The translations under genes were made by a program, and so were the position numbers. A stretch of DNA of 64,000 bases, from the NCBI GenBank assembly GCA_963763315.1, contig CAVXOC010000003.1, positions 412,167 through 476,166 on the forward strand, in the 5' to 3' direction. Below the pieces are notes generated by a model. The model made no database searches. It worked only from the letters and a program-made list of their open reading frames with translations, and had not been told where the DNA came from. Source of the DNA: an uncultured Actinomycetota bacterium (GTDB taxonomy: Bacteria; Actinomycetota; Actinomycetes; Actinomycetales; Dermatophilaceae). Positions 28,524 to 37,381 of the stretch are shown here, piece by piece (positions within the stretch are counted from its first letter, which is position 1; each line of letters opens with the position of its first letter).

Positions 28524-29749
28524 CCGTTGAGCAGGAGAAGACGATGGTGGCCGGGCCCGAGCGGAACTCACTCCTCGGCTATGCGCGGAACTGGCTGGTC
28601 GGACTGCGTAGCGGCGAGTTAGGGGTGCTGCCGATCATCGGTGGTCTCTTGCTCACCGCGGTGGTCTTCCAGAGCCTCAACCACAACTATCTGACGCCGG
28701 GAAACCTGGTCAATCTCATGAGCCAGGGTGCGGCCATCTCGACAATCGCCATGGGCCTCGTCTTCGTGCTTCTCATCGGAGAGATTGATCTGTCCGTGGG
28801 ATACGTGTCCGGGGTCGCAGCCGTCATCCTGGCCCAGTTGCTGCTTCCGGACGGCTCCGACCTTCCGACGGGGTTCGCCCTGTTGGCCGCTGTCGGCGCT
28901 GGGATGTCGATCGGTGCGCTGCACGGCCTGCTCATCACCAAACTGAAGATGCCGTCGTTCGTCGTGACGCTGGCCGGTTTGCTCGCATGGAACGGCGTTG
29001 TCCTCATGCTCATCGGGAGCCAAGGATCGCTGATCATCCAGAACCGGGCCGTCGTGAGCCTCTCCGGTTCGTACTTGACCTCGTACGTGGCGTGGGTCTT
29101 CTTCGGCATCCTGGTGGCGGCCTATTCCATCTCCCTCGTGTTGGCGCGAAGGAGTCGCATGTCGCGAGGCCTTCCCGCTGAGCCGGCTGCCTTGGTGCCC
29201 CTGCGCATCGTGGGACTGGCTCTCGTTGCCGGCACGGTTGTGTCTGTCGCCAACCTCAGTAGGGGCATCCCCTTCGTCGTGGTGCTCATCACTGTCCTGT
29301 ACGTGGTGCTGAACTACCTGCTGACTAACACCCGGTTCGGTGTCTGGGTGTACTCGATCGGCGGAAGCATCGAAGCATCCCGCCGCGCCGGTATCAATAC
29401 CGATCGGGTGAGGATCTACGTCTTCATGATCGCCTCCTCCATGGCGGCCATCGGCGGCATCATCCTGGCTTCCCGGCTTCGCTCGGTGGATAGCAACGTG
29501 GGTGGCGGCTCGCTCCTGCTCTACTCCATCGCGGCTGCCGTCATCGGCGGTACCTCCCTATTCGGAGGTCGGGGCAGCGCTCGGTCCGCGATCCTCGGCG
29601 CGCTGGTGATTGCGTCCATCGACAACGGTCTGGGCCTTCTGGGACTGGGTTCCGGACAGAAGTTCACAATCACCGGACTCGTGTTGCTCGCCGCAGTTGC
29701 GGTGGATTCCCTGTCGCGCTTCGGACGGATACAGGCGGGTCGATCGTGA
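28520..29749 (+). CDS. Sugar ABC transporter permease (XylH/RbsC-like)
   Basis: 409 aa, polytopic. ATGA overlap with the ATPase. GEIDLSVGYVSG is the motif typical of the branched-chain/monosaccharide permease family. Confidence 0.85.
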   Translation: MTVEQEKTMVAGPERNSLLGYARNWLVGLRSGELGVLPIIGGLLLTAVVFQSLNHNYLTPGNLVNLMSQGAAISTIAMGLVFVLLIGEIDLSVGYVSGVAAVILAQLLLPDGSDLPTGFALLAAVGAGMSIGALHGLLITKLKMPSFVVTLAGLLAWNGVVLMLIGSQGSLIIQNRAVVSLSGSYLTSYVAWVFFGILVAAYSISLVLARRSRMSRGLPAEPAALVPLRIVGLALVAGTVVSVANLSRGIPFVVVLITVLYVVLNYLLTNTRFGVWVYSIGGSIEASRRAGINTDRVRIYVFMIASSMAAIGGIILASRLRSVDSNVGGGSLLLYSIAAAVIGGTSLFGGRGSARSAILGALVIASIDNGLGLLGLGSGQKFTITGLVLLAAVAVDSLSRFGRIQAGRS

Positions 29750-30756
29750 CCTACGCCAGTGCAGCAGCCCTTCTGTCGCAGGGTCTGGTCTCCCGGGCCG
29801 GTCACCTCGCGGTGGTGGAAGACACCATCGGGGTGACCGGGTCGCGCGGTCGAGTTCTCCGCGCGCGGGTCCTCGATGGCATGGACGTCGAGATCCTGTG
29901 TGATCGGGGGCTGGACCTCGGCGCGGTCTGGTTCAACGGTCGGCCGCTGTCGTGGGCCTCGCCCATTCGGGACGGATCCCGGTTGCCCACTGCCATCGGC
30001 CGCGAGTGGCTGACCCGGTTCAACGGTGGCCTGGTCACCACCTGCGGGCTCGAGAACGTCGGTCCGGCAACCCCCCACGATGGGATGCACGGAAGCCACA
30101 GCAACCAGCTCGCTCATGACGTGACGTGGAGAACCGAGGTCACCGACGACGGGCCCAGGATCGTTGTCACGGGGACCATCGACAGTGCCCACCTGTTCGG
30201 GCGGCGGGTCTACGTCTACCGGACGATCACCTTGCATGCGCCCATCGACGGTCAGCCCTATGTATCGGTGACGGACGTCGTCCGTAATGAGGGGACAATG
30301 CCAGCCAGGGCTGCACTGCTGTACCACGTCAACTTCGGCGCCCCCACGGTGATGCCGGGGACACGTGTCCTTATCGAATCGTCGGCCGTGACCTCGCGCG
30401 AGCCCTGCGAGTTGGTTCCATCGGAAAGAGAGCTTCCGGTCCCGACGAGTCAGATGACCGAAGCGGTCTTCGAGTACACGGGTGTTCCGGTACGCGGTTC
30501 GCTGTCCACCGCAGTGATCCGAACTCCGGAGATGGCGCGTGACGTCGAGCTGACCTGGAGCGCGGACACGCTTCCGCGACTGTTCCAATGGGTCTTCCCC
30601 ACCCGGGGTGGATGGGCGCTGGCGCTGGAACCAGGGAACTCTCCGATGTGGGGCCCGGACCGAGTCGGGGAAGACCATGGCGCGCCGCTCCTAGCTCCAG
30701 GAGCGGAGCTCACCGCCACCGCCCGGGTGCGCGTACTGGCCGCTGGAGCGTCATGA
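29746..30756 (+). CDS. Aldose-1-epimerase-like protein (DUF4432 type)
   Basis: DRGLDLGAVWFNGRPLSWASP...W...FNGGLVTTCGLENVGP....GMHGSHSN follows the DUF4432 pattern. GTGA overlap with the permease. Confidence 0.65.
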   Translation: MTYASAAALLSQGLVSRAGHLAVVEDTIGVTGSRGRVLRARVLDGMDVEILCDRGLDLGAVWFNGRPLSWASPIRDGSRLPTAIGREWLTRFNGGLVTTCGLENVGPATPHDGMHGSHSNQLAHDVTWRTEVTDDGPRIVVTGTIDSAHLFGRRVYVYRTITLHAPIDGQPYVSVTDVVRNEGTMPARAALLYHVNFGAPTVMPGTRVLIESSAVTSREPCELVPSERELPVPTSQMTEAVFEYTGVPVRGSLSTAVIRTPEMARDVELTWSADTLPRLFQWVFPTRGGWALALEPGNSPMWGPDRVGEDHGAPLLAPGAELTATARVRVLAAGAS

Positions 30757-30781
30757 GCGGCCAGACGCGACGCAAGGAGCG

Positions 30782-31780
30782 GTGATGCACGGTCCGCTGC
30801 GCTGGGGGGTGCTGTCCACCGCCTCCATCAACGAGAAGGTCCTCGCCGGAGCCGCCCGGTGCGACGATGCCGACGTGGTGGCCGTGGCGAGCCGAAGCGA
30901 ATCGCGAGCGAAGGCGTACGCCGCGCAGTGGAACATCCCCACGGCATACGGCACCTACGACGGCCTGTTGGCGGACGATTCGGTTGATGCCGTCTACATC
31001 TCCCTGCCCAACGGGCTGCACCATGAATGGACGATGCGCGCCCTCCGGGCCGGCAAGCACGTGCTCTGCGAGAAGCCCTACAGTCGGTGGCCTGCGGAAG
31101 TCGAGGCGGCCTTTGCCTCGGCACAAGACCTTGGTCTCGTCCTCAGTGAAGCCTTCATGTTTCGTTACCACCCGCAGATCGTGCGGCTTGCCGAGCTGGT
31201 TCTCGACGAGGGCGTGATCGGCGAGGTCCAGCTCATCGCCTCGGCGTTCAGCTGGCCCACGGAAAGGGCGGACGACATCCGGCTGGACGCCTCTCTGGGT
31301 GGCGGTGCACTGCTGGATGTGGGCGTCTATTGCGTCAGCGTCGGACGCCTGCTCGCGGGGGAACCTCGATCAGTCACTGCGCAACATGTCACAGACGCGA
31401 CAGGCGTCGACGTTGCCTTGGTTGGAACCATGGAGTTCGCCTCGTCCGCGATGGCGCACTTCGATTGCGCCATTCACCTTCCTGACCGCAGCCACCTCGA
31501 AGTGGTCGGGAGTCTCGGGAGCATCACCGTGTCAGACCCGTGGCACTGTGTTGATCCACGGCTTACCGTGGTCCTCCAAGGTGAAGCCCCGCGGGATGCA
31601 TCCGCAGGGCACGCGAACTCCTACCAACTCGAACTGGAAGAGTTCGGCAGAGCGGTTCGCGGCGAACCAAACAAGCTGCTGGGCCGTCACGATGCCCTGG
31701 GCCAGGCACGGGTGGTCGATGCGCTGTTCCGCGCGGCCGACATGGGTCAGCGTGTGCACGTCGACCCCGACGGGCCTTGA
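30782..31780 (+). CDS. Gfo/Idh/MocA family oxidoreductase
   Basis: LRWGVLSTASINEKV...VDAVYISLPNGLHHEWTMRALRAGKHVLCEKP is a Rossmann fold with the EKP motif. Confidence 0.85.
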   Translation: MMHGPLRWGVLSTASINEKVLAGAARCDDADVVAVASRSESRAKAYAAQWNIPTAYGTYDGLLADDSVDAVYISLPNGLHHEWTMRALRAGKHVLCEKPYSRWPAEVEAAFASAQDLGLVLSEAFMFRYHPQIVRLAELVLDEGVIGEVQLIASAFSWPTERADDIRLDASLGGGALLDVGVYCVSVGRLLAGEPRSVTAQHVTDATGVDVALVGTMEFASSAMAHFDCAIHLPDRSHLEVVGSLGSITVSDPWHCVDPRLTVVLQGEAPRDASAGHANSYQLELEEFGRAVRGEPNKLLGRHDALGQARVVDALFRAADMGQRVHVDPDGP

Positions 31781-31877
31781 TCGATCATCCGGACTGGACG
31801 CCGCCTTGCTGTCCGGTTCCGTGGCGGGGACCTCCATCTGAACAGGAACCGTCACATCCGACATCTGGGAGCCACAC

Positions 31878-32918
31878 GTGCACACCGTCATGGGCCGCGA
31901 GATCGCCGAGCAACCCGCTGCTGTTGCAGCAACTCTGGACGCCTTGCGTCCACTGAGATCGCGCCTTGCCGAGTTGAATGGCACCCGCAAGCAGGTGCTC
32001 TTCATCGCACGCGGATCATCCGACAATGCCGCTGTGTACGGTCGCTACCTGCTGGAAACGCATGCCGGACGCCTGGCATCCATGGCAGCGCCGAGCGTGG
32101 CCACCCACTACCAGCGCCGCCTCGACCTCAGCGACTCCCTGGTTGTCTCCATCTCCCAGTCCGGGCAGACACAGGAAATCGTCGAGACTCAAAGCTGGGC
32201 CAAGGCGTGTGGCGCTGCCACGGTTGCGATATGCAACGTGGAGGAGAGCCCACTGACAGAAGGCGCAGACCTTGCCCTGATGACGCGGGCCGGGCCGGAG
32301 CGGGCGGTCCCATCAACCAAGACCTTCACGACCCAACTTGCCGCGGTTGCGGTCCTGGCCACTGCGCTGGCGCCCGATCCGTTCGCGCTCGACGCGGACC
32401 TGGATCGGGTCCCTGAGGAGATTGAGCGACTGATCGCTCAGCGAACAGGTATAGACGAAGCTGCGGTGCTTCTCGCGTCGAGGCATGAGGTACTCGTGAC
32501 CGGGCGAGGGCTCGCCTACGCGACCGCCCTCGAAACCGCCCTTAAGCTCGAGGAGACCTGTCTGAGGCCAGTTCGCGGACTTTCGTATGCCGACCTCAAG
32601 CACGGTCCGATCGCAATCGTCGACCCCGAAATGGTCGCGGTCGTCATGGCGGCCCGGAACGGCCCCATGCTGGAAGGGCTCACCGAACTCCTGGTGGAGA
32701 TCCGTGCGCGGGGTGCCCTGGCCGTCGGTGTCGGCGGGGATCAAAGATTCGGTGCTGCGGCCGACGTGTGGGTGGGGGGTCCAAACCTGCCAGAAGAGGT
32801 CGCTCCTCTCGGGCTCGTCGTCGCCGGGCAGCTGCTGGCCGAGGGCCTGGCGATGGCCATGGGCCTGAATCCTGACGAACCGCGCGGCCTGAGCAAAGTG
32901 ACCCAGACAGACGCGTGA
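31878..32918 (+). CDS. SIS-domain sugar(-phosphate) isomerase/deaminase (GlmS C-terminal / AgaS / FrlB-like)
   Basis: Two SIS repeats (FIARGSSDNAAVYGRYLLE..., ISQSGQTQE...). There is no glutamine amidotransferase domain. Confidence 0.8.
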   Translation: MHTVMGREIAEQPAAVAATLDALRPLRSRLAELNGTRKQVLFIARGSSDNAAVYGRYLLETHAGRLASMAAPSVATHYQRRLDLSDSLVVSISQSGQTQEIVETQSWAKACGAATVAICNVEESPLTEGADLALMTRAGPERAVPSTKTFTTQLAAVAVLATALAPDPFALDADLDRVPEEIERLIAQRTGIDEAAVLLASRHEVLVTGRGLAYATALETALKLEETCLRPVRGLSYADLKHGPIAIVDPEMVAVVMAARNGPMLEGLTELLVEIRARGALAVGVGGDQRFGAAADVWVGGPNLPEEVAPLGLVVAGQLLAEGLAMAMGLNPDEPRGLSKVTQTDA

Positions 32919-32954
32919 ACTGCCGTTCCGGGCGGTAGTTTCCGGTTCGACGAG

Positions 32955-33400
32955 GTGCCGGAGCGGGCCGCGCAGGCAGTGCGCGACCTGTTCACCTCCT
33001 GGATCGAGGAGAGCATGCCGTCCATGACGGCATCGACGACGGAGCAGGATCGAGAGCTCGCCCGCGAGCTGGTGGCCAAGGCGCGCACCGACGGTCTGGA
33101 CCTGGTGGGCCCGGATGGGGTGCTGACCGGGTGCACCCAGCATGTGCTGGAACGGGCGTTGGAGGAGGAGCTCACCGAGCGCCTCGTGTAGGACAAGCAC
33201 GACCCGGCCGGTGACCATTCGGGGAACAGCGGGAACGGCATCCGGAGCAAGACGGTGTTGACCGAGGTCGGCCCGGTCGGCGTCGACGTGCCCCGGAACC
33301 GGGCCGTCACGTTCCACCCCGGTGATCGTCCCGAAGGCAAACGCCGGCTCGAAGGGGTGAGCAACATCGTGCTGTCGCTGACTGCCTGCGGCCTCACTGG
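32955..33400 (+). pseudogene. IS256-family transposase relic: in-frame TAG plus 3' truncation
   Basis: ...LVGPDGVLTGCTQHVLERALEEELTERLV*DKHDPAGDHSGNSGNGIRSKTVLTEVGPVGVDVPRNR...RLEGVSNIVLSLTACGLT matches the conserved IS256 N-terminal third (HLGYDKHDPAG...SRNG.R.KTV....G.V.I.VPRDR). The stop replaces the conserved Tyr. Homology ends near 33400. Confidence 0.75.
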
Positions 33401-33434
33401 CCGTCCTCGGTTCGCGCTCCTCCCAGGGTGGCGG

Positions 33435-33974
33435 TCACTGAGTGTGTGGCTGGTCGAGCCCATCCCACGGGTGTCGACGAGGGATCCAGGCCGGGACCTC
33501 CCGGCGGTACTCCTCGTAGTCGGCACCGAACCGGCGGACCAGAGTGGGCTCCTCGAACCAGTGCGCGAATGCGGCGATGCCCACCCACGCGGCCAGGGCA
33601 TACACGAGCAGGGTGACCTGCCAGAGCAACACGGCCTCGCCGACGAAGATCGTCACCGCGCCGAGGTAGATCGGGTTGCGAACGTACCGATTGAACCCGG
33701 TGACCACCAGGCGCGTCGTCATGGCGCCGGGCATCGGCGTCCCGCCAGCGCGGACGAACTGGGCGAACACGTGGACGGGCGGGATCAGCCCGACGACGAT
33801 CAGCACAGCGCCGATGGACCGCGCCAAGCCCGCAGACCAGTCGAGGGGATGCTGCACCTGCCAACCGGTCAGCCACCACGGGACGAGGACGGCGCCGACC
33901 CCACCAGTGAGGATGAACCAGGTCACGCTCGTGACCGCCGCCGCAGTCCTACGCATGGCCCCAGTCTGTCGCAC
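33435..33974 (-). CDS. Isoprenylcysteine carboxyl methyltransferase (ICMT/PEMT-like) family membrane protein
   Basis: LVVTGFNRYVRNPIYLGAVTIFVGEAVLL...EEPTLVRRFGADYEEYRREVPAW is the canonical C-terminal ICMT-family block. Confidence 0.75.
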   Translation of the reverse strand: MRQTGAMRRTAAAVTSVTWFILTGGVGAVLVPWWLTGWQVQHPLDWSAGLARSIGAVLIVVGLIPPVHVFAQFVRAGGTPMPGAMTTRLVVTGFNRYVRNPIYLGAVTIFVGEAVLLWQVTLLVYALAAWVGIAAFAHWFEEPTLVRRFGADYEEYRREVPAWIPRRHPWDGLDQPHTQ

Positions 33975-34121
33975 CGAACCCCCGACGGAGCCGCCGCGAC
34001 CTGCGTCACACCGGCAGGCCGCGTGTGGGACCTCGGTGATGGCGTCCGGTCATCGTCGACGTTTCCGTGTGCGAGCTGTCGGGTGGGTTCGAGGAGGGGG
34101 TTGACGTGCAGGCTCCGGTTG

Positions 34122-35627
34122 TCAGCTGATGGTGCGCAGGGCCGGCCACATGGCGTTCCAGGGGGCGTGGGTCCCGGTGCATACGGTGACGGCTGTGCCC
34201 TGTTCGGCGTTGTCGATGCGGAGCCGGTTGTCGATGTAGGCGACGTCGTGGCAGCCGACGAAGTATTGGGTCCAGTCGGCGGGTCGCCAGTCGCCGACGT
34301 GGACGACGACGGTGCGCCCGGCGGGTGGCGGCCCCCAGTCCCAGTAGGCATTGTGCCCGGAGTAGACCGGGGGCAGCCCGACCCCGAGCAGGATGAGCGG
34401 GCTGGCCTCGCTGTAGTCGTTGGTCAGGATCACCGCGTGGGCGCGCTGCGCGGGGGGCAGCGCGTCGACGACCTGTTCGACGGTGGTGACGAACTGGGGC
34501 CAGCCGACCTGGTTGGCGGTGTCCGGGACGGTGGCGGGCAGGGTGGTCTCCGCGTAGGCGGCGAGCGGCAGGACCGGCAGGGTCAGCAGGGCGAGGAGCC
34601 CGCCGGAGACGGCGGCGGCCGTGGTGAAGGCGGCCGTCTTGAGGCGTCGGTGGCCGCGGCCCAGCCACCTGTCCACGACGATCGCTCCGGCCGGGATGAG
34701 GACGGCGGTGCTGCCGATCGCGTAGTAGGCCTTCCCACCGGTGAGCAGGACGAGCGCCAGCGCGACCGGGGCGGTCAGGGCGATCGCCCGCCACGGCGCC
34801 GCTGCCTTCGACCCCAGGAGCCAGGCCAGGCCCGCGACGCTGACCGGGAACAGCAGGGGGCCGGTGAACAGCCACAGCAGCGGCAGGACCTGCGCGCGGT
34901 TGGCGCCGGCATACTGCGCGATCTGGTGGGCCATGGCGACCTGGGGCCAGCCGTTGGCCGCCTGCCAGGCCAGGTTCGGGGCCCACAACACGGCCGCGAC
35001 CACGAGGGCCGTCCACGCCCACCGGGAACGGACGACGTCCCAGCGTCGGGCCGCGACCATCCCGACGGCGAGCCCCGCGCCGAGGAACAGCACGGTGTCC
35101 TTGTTCTCCAACCCGAGCCCGGCGGTGACACCCACCGCCAGCCACAGCCGTCTGTCCCCACCGTCAAGCAGACGCACGGCAAGCCACAGGATCAGCGCCC
35201 AGGCGAGTAGGTCGGGATCGGTGGTCGTGTCCAGATGGCCCGCCCCGAGATATCCGGACACGGCGGCGGTGACCGCGGCGATGACCTGTGCCCGGCGAGA
35301 GCCACCAAGGTCCCGCGCGATCAGCGCGACCAGAACGACGACCAGGCCCATCTCCAGGGCCGGCAGCACCCGCACCGCGGTCGGCGAGACCCCCAGCAGG
35401 GCAACGGATGCGGCGGAGAGCAGCGGGGTCAGCGGCGGCTGGTCGACATAGCCGAACGCCGGATGCTGGCCCGCCACGACGTAGTACATCTCGTCACCGT
35501 GGAAGCCGTACGCCCCCGACACCGCCAGCAACCCGAGGACCATGACGCCCGCGGCCAGCACCACCGGCCACGGGACCCCGGCCGACCACACCCGTGGGCC
35601 GGCAGGAGCGTCACGCGGCGGCCTCAT
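34122..35627 (-). CDS. Glycosyltransferase family 39-like (ArnT/PMT-type) polytopic membrane protein
   Basis: From ATG 35627: ...GAYGFHGDEMYYVVAGQHPAFGYVDQPPLTPLL (DE-x-YY loop motif), followed by 10 or more TM helices and a soluble C-terminal domain. Confidence 0.7.
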   Translation of the reverse strand: MRPPRDAPAGPRVWSAGVPWPVVLAAGVMVLGLLAVSGAYGFHGDEMYYVVAGQHPAFGYVDQPPLTPLLSAASVALLGVSPTAVRVLPALEMGLVVVLVALIARDLGGSRRAQVIAAVTAAVSGYLGAGHLDTTTDPDLLAWALILWLAVRLLDGGDRRLWLAVGVTAGLGLENKDTVLFLGAGLAVGMVAARRWDVVRSRWAWTALVVAAVLWAPNLAWQAANGWPQVAMAHQIAQYAGANRAQVLPLLWLFTGPLLFPVSVAGLAWLLGSKAAAPWRAIALTAPVALALVLLTGGKAYYAIGSTAVLIPAGAIVVDRWLGRGHRRLKTAAFTTAAAVSGGLLALLTLPVLPLAAYAETTLPATVPDTANQVGWPQFVTTVEQVVDALPPAQRAHAVILTNDYSEASPLILLGVGLPPVYSGHNAYWDWGPPPAGRTVVVHVGDWRPADWTQYFVGCHDVAYIDNRLRIDNAEQGTAVTVCTGTHAPWNAMWPALRTIS

Positions 35628-35910
35628 GGACTCATCCTCCACCCCCCAGACAAGCGGTCTCGGCCCTGGCTTTGAATCCTCGGGGGCACCCACCACGACC
35701 CTCCACGACGGCGGCAGCTCCGCCTGGGACGGGGGCCGCACGATCGCCGGCGTCAGCCACCCCGGCAACAGGACACCCCCGCGCAGACGGCGCTCGACGG
35801 CTCGCGGCCGACGCTGCGTGCGCGACCCCACGAACGTGCCTTGCCCTTGCGTCGCTCCGAGACAGCGGCCCTTCGAGCAGGCGACACAGGTCGCCAGTCA
35901 CGACACACTG

Positions 35911-36390
35911 ATGAGCATGATCGCGACCGTTGTCGGAGGCTCGGGCGACGATGGGATTGCCGTCGCGGCGCAGCTCCTGCACGACTTCAACGTGGAGTAC
36001 GACGAGCCGGCGCCTCCGCCCGACCAGCTCGCGGTCCGCCTGGAGGAACTGATCGCGGGCGAGAACGTCGCGGTCCTCCTCGCACGCGAGGACGAGACCC
36101 GCACGGCGGTCGGGGTCGCGGTGCTGCGGGTGCAGCCGTCCCTGTGGAGCACGGCAGCAGAGGCGTACCTGGCGGAGCTGTACGTGATGCCGGAGCAGCG
36201 TGGCAAAGGGCACGGCCGGGAGCTGATCACCGAGGCCGTGCGGGTCGCGCGTGAGCGGGGAGCCGACTACGCGTTCCTGGTCACCAGCGAGGACGACCAC
36301 CGCGCCCAACGCCTCTACGAGGCGGCCGGGTTCCGGCGGACCGAGGGCGAGGGCGGCCCGCTCATGCTGGCGTACGAGCGCGAGTTGTAG
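35911..36390 (+). CDS. GNAT family N-acetyltransferase
   Basis: AYLAELYVMPEQRGKGHGRELITEAV...AQRLYEAAGF is acetyl-CoA binding motif A. Confidence 0.85.
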   Translation: MSMIATVVGGSGDDGIAVAAQLLHDFNVEYDEPAPPPDQLAVRLEELIAGENVAVLLAREDETRTAVGVAVLRVQPSLWSTAAEAYLAELYVMPEQRGKGHGRELITEAVRVARERGADYAFLVTSEDDHRAQRLYEAAGFRRTEGEGGPLMLAYEREL

Positions 36391-36507
36391 TCCTCCGCAC
36401 GAGTTGTAGTCCTCCGCACGGTGCGACGCCGCCTTTCGACCATCCTCAGCGCGCCATGAGTGCGTTCGGGCGTGCGTCTCCTTGACCAGCGGGCATAGGT
36501 TCGGCCC

Positions 36508-36909
36508 ATGCCCAAAGAGATCAAGGGGAACCCGCGACGGCAGCCGCCTGAGCCGACGGCGGGACACTCCGACATTGACGACTGGTTCGGGCGCCTCATG
36601 CCGGACCTTCAGCCGATCGTGCGGGGCTTGGACGAGTCGATTCGAGCGGCGATCCCCGACCTTGACTACGCCGTCAAGTACAAGAGGGCGTTCTACGGGC
36701 TGCCAGAACTGGGGTGGATCATCGAGATCGCGCCCTACGACGTGTCCGTGAACGTGCTATTCCTCGGTGGCGCGGACTTCGATCCTCCACCTCCACTGGG
36801 GAGCACTGGCCAGACCCGCTACGTCAAGGTCACGACCCTGGCCGAGGTGACGCAGCAGGAGGTGCTCGACTGGATAGAACAAGCGGGACGTACACCCGGC
36901 TGGAAGTGA
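36508..36909 (+). CDS. DUF1801 (YdhG-like) domain protein
   Basis: IDDWFGRLMPDLQPIVRGLDESIRAAIPDLDYAVKYKRAFYGL... is the typical DUF1801 layout. Confidence 0.7.
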   Translation: MPKEIKGNPRRQPPEPTAGHSDIDDWFGRLMPDLQPIVRGLDESIRAAIPDLDYAVKYKRAFYGLPELGWIIEIAPYDVSVNVLFLGGADFDPPPPLGSTGQTRYVKVTTLAEVTQQEVLDWIEQAGRTPGWK

Positions 36910-36936
36910 CCTCGCAACCCCCGCGCGCTCCCGGCC

Positions 36937-37381
36937 TCAGCTCGAGACGTACTCCAGCTGGATGTGGTCGTGCTGAGTGCCCCACGTCAGGTCGAAGGAC
37001 CAGCAGCCCGGTGAGGGCAGGTCGATGATCGAAGGCCCCGGCCCACCCGACACCAAGCGGGTCACGCTCTGGCCCGAGGACTCCAAGGTGGCGCGGATGT
37101 TCAGGTCACCGCCATCCGACCCGGGATACCCACAAGACCTTGTTGTTGCGGTCGGCCGCCGGCGGGGCCTGCAGCGGGTCGTGCTCGGCCCACAGGATCG
37201 CGACGATGTCGCCGCTGTCACCCATGACGAAGGGCATGGGCTGGGTCGGCGGGGTGAACCCGGCCCGCGCCCAGGTCGGCAGGGTGGCGGGGGTGTAGTC
37301 CGACCGACACACGGCGCTCGCGGTGGCTGTCGAGGACACACCGGGCGCAGGTACGGCACTCGACCCGGCGCGAGTGTGCGC
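36937..37381 (-). pseudogene. Lipoprotein gene, distal part: split by IS256, with an additional frameshift
   Basis: It continues in frame from 38841..38929 once the IS and one target-site duplication (TSD) copy are removed (...PAHT|RAGSSAVPAPGVSSTATASAVCRSDY...). A second frame change near 37118..37132 (CCCGGG run) separates ...NNKVLWVSRV from GSDGGDLNIRATLE...IQLEYVSS. Confidence 0.65.
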
